A DNA stretch of 56,967 bases from an uncultured Gemmatimonadota bacterium (GTDB lineage: Bacteria > Blakebacterota > Blakebacteria > Blakebacterales > Blakebacteraceae), in NCBI GenBank assembly GCA_964576115.1, contig CAZNUA010000004.1, positions 1-56,967 of the forward strand, in the 5' to 3' direction. Positions 18,844 to 28,600 of the stretch are shown in pieces. Both the position numbers and the translations under genes were made by a program. Numbering within the stretch: position 1 is the stretch's first letter; each line of letters begins with the position of its first letter. Below the pieces are notes generated by a model. It was not told where the DNA came from, did no database searches, and worked only from the letters and a program-made list of their open reading frames with translations.

Positions 18844-21048
18844 ATGCAGACAACGCGCCGTACAGCCAGTATAGAGTCCTTGCACGTTGCGAGGCGACGG
18901 GACTTTTCGACCCCCTCGACGGGAGCGGCCGGACTCTGTCTGCTCCTGCTGCTCTCCCTCCCGCTCGCCGGCTCCGGTCCCGCCCCCGGCGCCGGGAAGA
19001 CCGATTCCGACAATCCCGCTCTCGAAGCGGGGCTCAGGGCTCTGCGGGAGGGGGACCATACCATGGCGGTCACCCTGCTGCGCTCGAGTGCGGCCGATGA
19101 GACCGGACTGAGTGCCGAAGCCTGGCTGGGACTCGGGGTGGCCTACTGGCGTCTGGGTCGCTGGGGTGCGGCCCGGGAGGCAATGAAGAGTAGCAGGGCC
19201 GGGTTGTCGGCCCCCCTGCAGGACTGGGTCGACTATCTCAGGGCGCAGGTGTGCGCCGAAGCCGGGGCGGTTGCGACTTCAGATTCGCTCCTCGCCCGCC
19301 TGTCCGGGCGCGATCTGCCCGAGGCTCTGGCCCGGCGCGTACGGGTTGAGGCTCTCGAGCGGGCCAGCGCCGCCGGCGACAGCGCCCGCCGGCAGGCGGT
19401 GCTGGTCGACATGGTCGACCATCGCGATGCCGGGGCAGCCGCGGCAGCCCTGCAGCTGGGGCTGATCCGGGCCGCGTCCGATCCCGACGGTGCCCGCGAC
19501 TGTTTCCGCCGGGGCCTGACCCTGCCCGGCAGCGACGAGGCCCGGGGGATGTGCGCCGAACGGCTTCTCGAAGAAGGTGCTTCCGGGGCCGCCGAACTGA
19601 TTGCCGTCGGACGGGTCTTTTTCGACCTGGCCAGGTGGGATCAGGCTCTGGAAGCCTTCACCCGGGCCCGCAGCTCGACCACCGATCCGGCGCTGGTCGA
19701 AGAAGCCGCCTACCGTCGCGGACTGACCCTGCTGCGCGCCCGACGCTACAGCGCCGCCCGTGACGAACTGGCTGCAGTGGTCCGGACCAGCAGTCGCTAT
19801 CGCACGGCGGCCGGGTACAATGCCGCCCTGGCAGCGGCGGCGGTGAACCGCCGCGAGGGTTTGCGCGAACTGATCTCCTTCGCCGAGCGCTATCCGCAGA
19901 GCCGCTGGGCGCCCCGGGCCCTGAAGCAGGCCGGTGATCGTCTGAGCGGAGTGGATCGGGCCGCCGCCGAAGAGGTTTACATCCGTCTGGTCGAGGATTA
20001 CCCCCGGCACTGGGAGAACGCCGGAGTGCTCTTCGATCTGGGCCGCAACGCCCTGGAAGGGGGCGACTTCGCCGGAGCCCGGCGGTGGTTCACCAGCCTG
20101 GGGCGGGGGGTCTTTCACTCCGAGGAGAAGAGCCAGGGGTGGTACTGGGCCGGGCGGATCTGTGCCGTGACGGGAGACAGTACCGGCGCGCGGGCCATGT
20201 ATCGACGCGCCGCCGAGGCGTTCGAAGACACCTGGTACGGCGCCCTGGCCCGTCAGGCTCTCGGGGAAACGTCTGTCGGGCCCGAACCCGTCCCTGTATT
20301 CGTCCGGGACGCTCTCGTCGTCCCGGAATGGGCCGACCTCGATCTGGCGGCCGGTATCGTGCTCCTGCGAGTCGGGCTCGAAACGGTCGGCGAGGACCAA
20401 CTTCTCGGTGCCCTGAACGACCGGGCCCTGGCCCCCGGACGCCGGATCGCTCTCTGGGAACTCTGCCAGGCCGGGCAGGCCTGGGGCGCGGCGCAGCGGC
20501 TGGGTCAGCGTCTGCTGAGCAGCGGTGCGGTCGACCGTGACGATCTACTCTATGACGACCTGCTCTATCCGGTGTATTACCACGACCTGGTCACCGAGAC
20601 CGCCGGCCGGTCCGGTGTGGATCCCTGGCTCGTTTTCGCTCTCATACGGCAGGAAAGCGCTTTCGATGCCCGCGCTCGCTCGTACGCCGGCGCCCGCGGG
20701 CTGATGCAGCTCATGCCCGTGACCGCCCGGGAGTGGGCCGGACGGCTGCGGCTCGGGGCCATCATCGAAGAAGATCTCTACGATCCCGAACTCAATGTCG
20801 CTCTCGGCGTGCCCTACCTGGCCCGTCTCATCGATCGTTTCGACGGCTCGGTCGAGAAAGCCCTGGCGGCCTACAACGGCGGTCCGACCAATGTCCGTCG
20901 CTGGGAACGGGGCCTGCCCGACGAGAGGCCGGAAACTTTCGTGGAATCCATTGGTTTCACAGAAACACGGACCTTTGTGCGGACGATCATGAACAACTAC
21001 CACCGGTACCGCGTTCTGTGGTCGCAGCGGTCCGGTGGACAGGGGTGA
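18844..21048 (+). CDS. slt: Lytic transglycosylase with TPR repeats (Slt70-like)
   Basis: Hydrophobic signal region, TPR helices, and an SLT domain with LIRQESAF, GLMQLMP, AAYNGG and ETRTFV. Confidence 0.9.
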   Translation: MQTTRRTASIESLHVARRRDFSTPSTGAAGLCLLLLLSLPLAGSGPAPGAGKTDSDNPALEAGLRALREGDHTMAVTLLRSSAADETGLSAEAWLGLGVAYWRLGRWGAAREAMKSSRAGLSAPLQDWVDYLRAQVCAEAGAVATSDSLLARLSGRDLPEALARRVRVEALERASAAGDSARRQAVLVDMVDHRDAGAAAAALQLGLIRAASDPDGARDCFRRGLTLPGSDEARGMCAERLLEEGASGAAELIAVGRVFFDLARWDQALEAFTRARSSTTDPALVEEAAYRRGLTLLRARRYSAARDELAAVVRTSSRYRTAAGYNAALAAAAVNRREGLRELISFAERYPQSRWAPRALKQAGDRLSGVDRAAAEEVYIRLVEDYPRHWENAGVLFDLGRNALEGGDFAGARRWFTSLGRGVFHSEEKSQGWYWAGRICAVTGDSTGARAMYRRAAEAFEDTWYGALARQALGETSVGPEPVPVFVRDALVVPEWADLDLAAGIVLLRVGLETVGEDQLLGALNDRALAPGRRIALWELCQAGQAWGAAQRLGQRLLSSGAVDRDDLLYDDLLYPVYYHDLVTETAGRSGVDPWLVFALIRQESAFDARARSYAGARGLMQLMPVTAREWAGRLRLGAIIEEDLYDPELNVALGVPYLARLIDRFDGSVEKALAAYNGGPTNVRRWERGLPDERPETFVESIGFTETRTFVRTIMNNYHRYRVLWSQRSGGQG

Positions 21049-21050
21049 CC

Positions 21051-22034
21051 ATGCGCCGTACCGGCTGGATCGCATCAGCCTTCTTCCACCTTTTTCTGGC
21101 CGGTGTTCTGCTGTTGCTGACTTTGCCCGTTCCCGAGCCGCCGGCCCCCCTGCTGTCGCTCTCCCTGCTGACCGAGGTTCGGCCCGAACCCGAACCGCCC
21201 GAACCCGCGCCGCAGGAGGCGACTGTCGAAGAGGTGCTTCCCGGGGTTGCGGCCGAACCCGAGGCAGTGGCCCGTTTGCCCCGCGCCGAGGTCGGTGTGC
21301 GCCGCGGGCTCGACTGGGTCACGCCCCCGCCGCCCTTCGAGTCCGAACGGCCGGCGATAGCCGAACGCACCCGAACCGCCGCCGGCCCTCTGCGCCGGGC
21401 TCTGGCCGAAGGAGCAACCGACTGGGCCGATCTGGGCTCGGTGGGCACCCCGCTCGACAGCCTGCTCTTCATCCAGCAGCGCCTGGAAGAACTCACCGCC
21501 CAGGTGATGGAAGCCGCCCGGGCCGGCGCCATGGGCGACCGTGCCCGGCGCACGCTGCCCGAACCGGGTTCGCTGGATGACCTGCGCGGCGAACCGATGA
21601 TCCCGATCGAATCGGTCGCCGGTCTCGTTCTGCAGACCCTCTTCGAACTGGGAGAAGACCTCTGGAACCGCCTGCTCGGACGGGATCCCGACGCCGAACC
21701 GGCCCCCGATCTCGACCTGACCGTCGAACAGATCATGGCCTACGCGGCTCTGGATGACCGCATGCCGATCAGTATTTTCGAATGGTATGCCCGGCTCCAT
21801 CCCGATTTCACCCGGGGCATCACCCGGCTGCAGGAGCTGGCCGCCGTGCTGGCCGAGCGGAACCTCATTGCGCTCGATCAGAGCGAAACGGCCTTCCGCT
21901 ACCGTCTGGTCGTTTCCCGGCGCGAAATGATCGACTACTACACCTCTTTCCTGAATCGCACGCCGGACTGGGATACCGACACCCGGGATCGTCTGATCCG
22001 GATCATCGCCATTCTGGTGCGCCGCCCGGCCTGA
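21051..22034 (+). CDS. Hypothetical membrane-anchored protein: TonB-like SxxxH anchor, Pro-rich linker, C-terminal BlaI/MecI/CopY-like winged helix
   Basis: MRRTGWIASAFFHLFLAGVLLLL, then PEPEPPEPAP, then C-terminal LTVEQIMAYAAL...PISIFEWYARL...LQELAAVLAERNLI...FRYRLVVSRREM. Starts 2 nt after the slt stop. Confidence 0.7.
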   Translation: MRRTGWIASAFFHLFLAGVLLLLTLPVPEPPAPLLSLSLLTEVRPEPEPPEPAPQEATVEEVLPGVAAEPEAVARLPRAEVGVRRGLDWVTPPPPFESERPAIAERTRTAAGPLRRALAEGATDWADLGSVGTPLDSLLFIQQRLEELTAQVMEAARAGAMGDRARRTLPEPGSLDDLRGEPMIPIESVAGLVLQTLFELGEDLWNRLLGRDPDAEPAPDLDLTVEQIMAYAALDDRMPISIFEWYARLHPDFTRGITRLQELAAVLAERNLIALDQSETAFRYRLVVSRREMIDYYTSFLNRTPDWDTDTRDRLIRIIAILVRRPA

Positions 22035-22245
22035 GGGCGTTTTTGTCCCCGATGAGGGACACCGGCTGTCCCGCCGGCGGTACACAGAGACACCCGTTGC
22101 AGCCGCCCGGGGGCGGGTCCGGTCCCGGGCAAAGCTCCCACGGCGCCTCGCGAAGTGCCGACACATTGTCGTAAGGTATTGTATATCAACAATATATGAG
22201 ATAATTACGGCGCTTTTTCCGCATTATCCCCGGTTTGGTCCCCCA

Positions 22246-22262
22246 CTGGCACGGTTTGTGAT
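22246..22262 (+). promoter_or_regulatory. Possible sigma54 promoter (CTGGCACG -24; imperfect -12 TGTGA) with an AT-rich IHF-like tract upstream
   Basis: GG-N10-GA rather than GG-N10-GC; TATCAACAATATA near 22184. Confidence 0.4.
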
Positions 22263-22341
22263 AGTCCTGTAGGGCAGCCGATCCCCGCAGTGCGGGCTCG
22301 GCCTCCCGGGATAACCGGGCTGACGAAAAGAGGTGGTTCAG

Positions 22342-24156
22342 ATGAGTACCGGGACGCGCGAAGAGAGAGTCAGAGGGGCGGGGGAGGCCTGGAAGGGGAC
22401 CGTCGTGCTGGTGGGCCTGCTCGGGCTGCTCATGCTTCTGGAGGGATGCTATACGGTCGTGGCTTCCGAACGCATGCTCCCCAGGGTCGGTTTCGATGAC
22501 AGAGAACTGGCTGCCGAAGAGGCGGATCGGCTGGCGGTTGATGTCAAGACGGACCGGGTCGAAGAGAATCTGAGCCGGAAGATGAACGCGTTCGGTCTGG
22601 CTCCGGAGCCGGAAACAGCTGCAGTCACCGGGACGAACCCGGCGGAGGAACCGCAGTCGCTCGGGGTGGGCTGGTCCGAGGATCTCTATACCGGCGGCTC
22701 GAAGGGCGTCGGGGTACGCTACCGCGACGATCTCGATTACTCCGGCGAACGGTATACCGAGTATGTCTACGACTACGATCTCGATCTGGTCGTGGTCGGG
22801 TACCGGCGGCCGTGGTTCAGGCGGCTATACGTCGACTGGTACTACTCCACCTGCTATGGCTGGCACCGCTTTCCCCGTCGTTTCGGTCATGTCTGGAGCG
22901 CCGGGTACTGGTGGGGCGGTTTCGGGATCTCGATGGGGTACTATGATCCCTGGTGGTACGACCCGTACTACTGGGACTACTGGTGGACCGATCCCTGGTA
23001 CATCAGCCCCTGGTACAGCCCGTGGTACGGCTCCTGTTACTCGGTCTGCTACGTCGATCCCTGGTGGTTCGGATGGCGGCCCTACCACCACGGTTTCTAC
23101 GACCCGTACTGGGGCTCCTACTGGTACTACGACCACCCCTACCACTGGGGCGGCGGAACCGTGATCGTGGCCGATGATTACCAGCGTCGGGCCTACGATC
23201 GCCGCCGGGGTCTGTCGGATCTGCGCACTGCGCGCGGAGCCAGGGGGGTGGCCGCTGATGCCGGTGGAGCCGGCAGCGAGCGTGGCAGTCCGGTCGGCCG
23301 GGCCGTCGCCGACGCCGCCAATGTCCGGTCAGCCGCCCGCGGCCGGCGTGACGCGGACCGGGGAGCGCAGACCGACAGCCGGTCCGATTACTCCCGTTCC
23401 CGCAACCCGGCCACCAGTTCGATCGTCAGAAACGGCAAGATCCGGGTTCGGCCCGATGATTCGGCTGCGACCCGCGATCTGCGGCTTCCCTCGAGCGCAA
23501 CCCGAACCGCCACCAGGCGGCCGAGCACCTCGACCACGACCGCCCGCAAGCCCCGGACCTCGTCCGGATCGGACAGCGGCAGCCGCACTCTGATCCGCGA
23601 TCTGGGCGGGCGCCTGATCCGGACGGCGACGGGGAATACGCGCTCGGCCAGCGGATCATCCCGGACGAGTACCGGCAGCAGCCGCACCTCCTCGGGCAGT
23701 TCGAGTTCGGGCTCGCGGACCTCGGTTCGGGTGGTCCGGCCCCGGACTTCCCGGCCTCCGCCCACGACTTCGGGCTCCTCGAGCCGGACCACATCGAGCG
23801 GGGCGACCTCGAGCCGCACCACCTCGAGCCGGGCGACCTCGAGCCGGACCACATCAAGCCGGACGACCTCGAGCCGCACGACCAGCGGACGGACGAGTTC
23901 GGGCCGGACGACGACCTCGCGGCCGCCGCCCCGGACCACCAGCCACCGCCCGCCGCCGGCGAGCTCGAGTTCGTCGAGCCGGACCACATCCAGCCGGACC
24001 ACATCGAGCCGGGCGACCTCGAGCCGTACCACCTCGAGTCGCACGACCAGCGGGCGGACGAGTTCGGGCCGGACCACGACCTCGCGGCCACCGCCCCGGA
24101 CCACCGGCCACCGCCCGCCGCCCGGGGATGATTTGGACTCCCGGGAGGGGCATTGA
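22342..24156 (+). CDS. Putative lipoprotein with a Tyr/Trp-rich core and a Ser/Thr/Arg repeat tail
   Basis: LLMLLEGC lipobox-like motif, YYDPWWYDPYYWDYWW region, and (TSSRT)n tail; precedes a FadL-like gene. Confidence 0.75.
   Translation: MSTGTREERVRGAGEAWKGTVVLVGLLGLLMLLEGCYTVVASERMLPRVGFDDRELAAEEADRLAVDVKTDRVEENLSRKMNAFGLAPEPETAAVTGTNPAEEPQSLGVGWSEDLYTGGSKGVGVRYRDDLDYSGERYTEYVYDYDLDLVVVGYRRPWFRRLYVDWYYSTCYGWHRFPRRFGHVWSAGYWWGGFGISMGYYDPWWYDPYYWDYWWTDPWYISPWYSPWYGSCYSVCYVDPWWFGWRPYHHGFYDPYWGSYWYYDHPYHWGGGTVIVADDYQRRAYDRRRGLSDLRTARGARGVAADAGGAGSERGSPVGRAVADAANVRSAARGRRDADRGAQTDSRSDYSRSRNPATSSIVRNGKIRVRPDDSAATRDLRLPSSATRTATRRPSTSTTTARKPRTSSGSDSGSRTLIRDLGGRLIRTATGNTRSASGSSRTSTGSSRTSSGSSSSGSRTSVRVVRPRTSRPPPTTSGSSSRTTSSGATSSRTTSSRATSSRTTSSRTTSSRTTSGRTSSGRTTTSRPPPRTTSHRPPPASSSSSSRTTSSRTTSSRATSSRTTSSRTTSGRTSSGRTTTSRPPPRTTGHRPPPGDDLDSREGH
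23777..24124 (+). repeat. In-frame 15-bp tandem repeats (acctcgagccggacc-like, TSSRT) nested in a 165-bp duplication
   Basis: cgcacgaccagcgg occurs at 23875 and 24040; many cctcgagccg units. Confidence 0.9.
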
Positions 24157-24200
24157 CGCACGCGGTTACGGGACGATGTGGGGAGAAAGGACGGCAGGTC

Positions 24201-25502
24201 ATGACACAGCTTGAGAGAAAGAGAACGAGAGCGGCCGTCGGGTTCGCTCTGGCCGCCGCGCTGATCTGTCACACCCCCGGGGCCCGGGCCCAGAGCGCCG
24301 AGATCCTGGCGGTTTCACCGGCCGGGACCGGCGCCCGCCCGACCGCCCTCGGCGAGGCCTATCAGGCCCTGGGAGGGGACATCTACAGCCTGAGGTACAA
24401 CCCGGCCGGTCTGGGACTGGCCCGCGGGCTTGCCATTGAAGGCGGTCTGAACCACCGGACGACCAGGCTCGATACCCGCTACTTCGGCAATCCGGTCGGG
24501 AGCCGGGTCTACAGTACCGCGCTGGACGCCCTCGGGATCGTCTACGCGGTCCCGACCGAGCAGGGCAGTCTCGTCTTTGCTCTGGCGGGCCACCGCCTGC
24601 GCGACTTCGACAACCGCTACCGGATCGAGGGGTACAACACATCCGACGATCCCGATCTGGGTGAGACCTGGATCGAGGCCACCGACGCCGATCTCGGGGC
24701 GGTGTACGGGTACGCCGCCGGGGCTGCGATCGAGGTCTCACCGGGCACATTCATCGGGGTTTCCCTGGAGGCGATCAGCGGCACCAACTCCTACACCTAC
24801 CTCCTGGACGCCTACGACACCGAGGACGTCTGGGCGCCCTATGACGGACACCGGTGGGATGACGGAATCGATTACACCTACCGCAGCCGCGGACTCCGGC
24901 TCGGACTCGGGTTCCTCTGGCGGCCGATGTCCCTGCTGGCGATCGGGGGCGACGTCAAGATGCCGGCGCGGATCGATATCACCGAGAACTGGTACCAGAG
25001 CGAAGTCCTCTATTACGACGACGGCACCTCGGAGTACACCTGGGATGAATCGGGGGTCTTCACCTATTCCTTCCAGCTTCCGTACGAGCTGAGTCTGGGA
25101 GGAGCACTGAGCGTCGGCGCCGTGACCCTGACCGCCGGTGGGACCTATCTCGACTACAGCCAGTCGAGTTACAACAAGGCTCCCTACGACGGGTACGATC
25201 CCGACTTCTTCCACGAGAACTATGAACCGCAGTGGAAGGCGGGGGGAGGGATCGAATTCGCCATACCCCACGGCCCGGCCCTGCGGGCGGGTTACCAGTG
25301 GTCGCCGCTGCTCTACCGGCCTCTCGGTCTGGAGGTCGTGCGTAATCGCGAGATCTACAGTCTCGGACTGGGACTGCCCATGGGAAACGCCATCAGACTC
25401 GGTATGACCTGGCGGCAGACAGAGTGGGAGACCCTGTCGGGCACCAGCACCGAGTTGTGGAAGACAGGACAATTTCTCGTTTCGTTCGGTTATCGGTTCT
25501 GA
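24201..25502 (+). CDS. Outer membrane beta-barrel, OmpP1/FadL/TodX-like
   Basis: Signal peptide, GARPTALGEAY, YNPAGLG hatch motif, C-terminal FGYRF. Confidence 0.85.
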   Translation: MTQLERKRTRAAVGFALAAALICHTPGARAQSAEILAVSPAGTGARPTALGEAYQALGGDIYSLRYNPAGLGLARGLAIEGGLNHRTTRLDTRYFGNPVGSRVYSTALDALGIVYAVPTEQGSLVFALAGHRLRDFDNRYRIEGYNTSDDPDLGETWIEATDADLGAVYGYAAGAAIEVSPGTFIGVSLEAISGTNSYTYLLDAYDTEDVWAPYDGHRWDDGIDYTYRSRGLRLGLGFLWRPMSLLAIGGDVKMPARIDITENWYQSEVLYYDDGTSEYTWDESGVFTYSFQLPYELSLGGALSVGAVTLTAGGTYLDYSQSSYNKAPYDGYDPDFFHENYEPQWKAGGGIEFAIPHGPALRAGYQWSPLLYRPLGLEVVRNREIYSLGLGLPMGNAIRLGMTWRQTEWETLSGTSTELWKTGQFLVSFGYRF

Positions 25503-25617
25503 CCCCTCTCCCGATACCGGATGAGCCGGCCCGGTCCGCCTCGAGCGGACCGGGCCATATTTATGGTCCGGCGGCGGTGGTTGACTCCGCGAGCCGCGCT
25601 CTGTACTTCTCAAGATC

Positions 25618-28600
25618 ATGAAGGCCGTCCCGTCATCACCCGGCACCTCTGCGCGGTCCGATCTCCCGGCTCGGACCTTTCGCCTGAGCTGGTCGGTTCT
25701 GGCCGCGATCGCGCTGGCTCTTTATCTGGGATGGGGGAGCTGGCATCCCGGAGCTCTCCTGCCGCTCCTGCCGGCGGCCTTCCTGGTACGCGGCCTCGGG
25801 GACCACCGACCGATCGATTTTCTCGGACCATGGCGCCGGGTTCTGATCTCAGCCGCGCTTTTCTGCGCCGCCGGATTCCTGCTGCTGCCCCGCCAGCCGT
25901 CGCCGTCCTGGCTGGCACGACACGACGTCGCCGACCGTGCCCGTCTGGAACAGGCCCTCCAGACCCTGCATGGCACGATGGCCCGCAGCTTTGACGAGGC
26001 GCTCGCGGTGCTGCCCGCCGGAGACACGCGCGTTCCACCGGCCGGCTGGCTCGAGCAGGTCTGGACGCAGACCCGCGCCCGGTTCAAAACCGAAGCGCTG
26101 GCACTGACCTGGTTGGGGACCGAACCCGGTTCGCCCCTCTGGGCCGGTTCGGCCTGGCTCGTGCCGGTCGAACTGCCCCCTCGTTCGCCGCTCGGACCGG
26201 GCCCGGCCGGTGACCGTTTCACGATCACCGGCGATTCACTGGCTGCCATGGCGATCCTGACCCGACCGGTCGGAAACGGTACTCTCGTCATGACCGCTCT
26301 GGTGTTGCGGGCGCCCGGGGCGCCGGGACCGTGCCCCGGGAGCAGGTCCTACCTCGAGACGATTCTGCCGGCTCGGATCCTGCAACGCCTGCAGGTCGGT
26401 TTCGATCGCGAGGATTCCGGCGGCGGCCTGCGGGTCTCACTCGGATCGGTCAAGGACGCCTCTCTCAGTTATCCCCTGCGTGCTCCGGCCCAGGCGATCC
26501 TGCTCGTCATGGTGCTCGTCGGCAGTCTTGCCCTGCTCGGACGAGACACCTCGGCCATACGCGGGATTGCCGCCGCCCCGCTCATTTACGCCGCCGTCGT
26601 TCCGTTCGTTCTGGGTGCTTTCACCCGTCCGCTCAGTCTCGATCTGATCGCGCCGTCCTGGTCGGGGCACCAGCTCACCAACCAGGCTTTCCTGGCCGTC
26701 TCGGCCGCCGCCCTGGCGCTCTGGTTTGCCCTGTCGATGCGCAACCCGCTGGCCGAGCGGGGGCGCTCGCTGACCGGGACGATCATCTGTCTGCTGCTCA
26801 TCCTCGGCCTCTGGCCGCTCGGATTGTCCCTGCTCGGCGATCTCTTCCGCTTCGCCCCCAGCTGGTTCTGGGCGCGGGTGTCGTTCCTGCCCGGCGCCCG
26901 CGATCTGATCGGCTGGCTGATCGCAATCGCCATGACCCTGACCATCATCACCGGAGCCGGTGGAGCGGCCGCACTGCTGCGCCGCTACTACGGTCTGGTC
27001 GGTTTGATCGGGACTGTGGCGGCAGCCGCGGTCGGCGCCGGTGCGGCAGCGGTCGGCGGTCTGTGGAGGGGTGCGGTCGTGGTGGGTGTGCTGACGGCCG
27101 CGGCCGGTACCCTGGGAGTGGCTCTCTGGCTTCAGGTCACTCTGCAGCGGCCCGTGCTGACCCGCCTGCTCGGCCTGGGCGTCATCGGGGCCCTGCTCCT
27201 GCTGCCCCTGAAAACCGAACTCGGCCGTCGGATCACGCATCAGGTGCTCGAGTCGGCGGCCGCCTCGCTGAGCAGTGCCGGGGTCGGACTCGATCCGGCC
27301 GACTTCACCGCTTTACGGGAGGATGTCCGGGGCATCGCCGATCGTCTCGCGCAGGACGGCGACTCGAACGGCTTTCGTAACGCCGACCGGCAGGCCTTTC
27401 TGATCTGGCGCGAGCTCGATCTGGAACGCCACGATCGGGCCGGCGGGGTGCAGATGCTCACGTCCGACGGAGAGATCGCGGGCGGTTTCACCACCGCGGC
27501 CACGCTCTTCGATCTGGTGCTGAGCGAGTCGATGCGGCACAGTGCCTGCTCAGGGCAGGGGCGCTTCGCCCTGGCTGCCGGGGAGCAGACCCAGTTCGGC
27601 GAGGAAACCCTGATCCTGGCCGTCCACGCCTCCGACCGGGGCAGACCGTTCCTGATCGGGGTGCGACCGCGGCCGCTCGGTTTCGTGGCCGACGGCGAGG
27701 AGCGGATCTGGTCGCTCACGGCCGCCCCCGACGCCGCCGGGAGGGCCGGGCGCTTCGCCGGCGAGCTCTTCGTTCATGTCTATGATGAAACGTTCGGTCT
27801 GCTGGCGGTCCCGCGCAGTCACCGTCCCACCCCCGTGCCCGCGACGGTGCCAGCAGCGGTGATCGAACACCTGCATGAATCGGACGTGGGCCGCTGGTAC
27901 CGGCGCGGCTGGTGGCTGACCGGGGGAGCCGACGAGTACTACTTCCGGCTCGAAACCTCGCGCGCGGGATCCTCTTTGTCGGGTGTGGCGATCGGCGAAA
28001 TCGGCACCGTCGAGCGCGTGGCCTGCCTGGGCATGGAGCAGCCAGGTCTGTGGGGTCGTCTGATCGAGACTCTCCAGATCCTGCTCCTTTTCCTGCTCGC
28101 TCTGCTGATCCTGGGCTGGCTTCCGGCGGCGGCTTTCGCTCGCAGCGGCGTGCCTCTGAGTACCTCGGTGCGGCGGGTCAGCTTCCGCACCCGACTCATC
28201 ATCCCGCTCCTGGTCGTCGCCCTTCTGCCCCTGGTCGCCCTCTGGCTGCTCACCCGCGGTTTTGTGCTGACCCGAGAGCGGGCGGGCTGGGAAAGCGGTC
28301 TGGAGGAGAACGTCCGGGTCGTGGAGCAGGCCGTCACCGAGCGGACCGCCGTGCGGGCCCGGGAACTGGCTCGCGATGCCGAACATGTGAGCAGTTTCGG
28401 ATTTACGATCCCCGCCGACGGAATGCAGTGGGCTCTCTTCGACGCCAACCTGGTCCGGACGACCGGGACCCTGGCTGATAGCCTGGCCGAACGGATTCCC
28501 CTGCGCGACGTCGTTCACGGCCGCTGGCCGCAGAGCTTCATCTTCCGGGCCGGCGCGCTCTGGTCGGCCTCGGTGGCCTCGCTCGGCGACCGCTTTTCGG

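Noticed and set aside
23777-24124. CRISPR array
   Set aside because: These are 15-bp in-frame coding repeats without unique spacers, and no cas genes are present.
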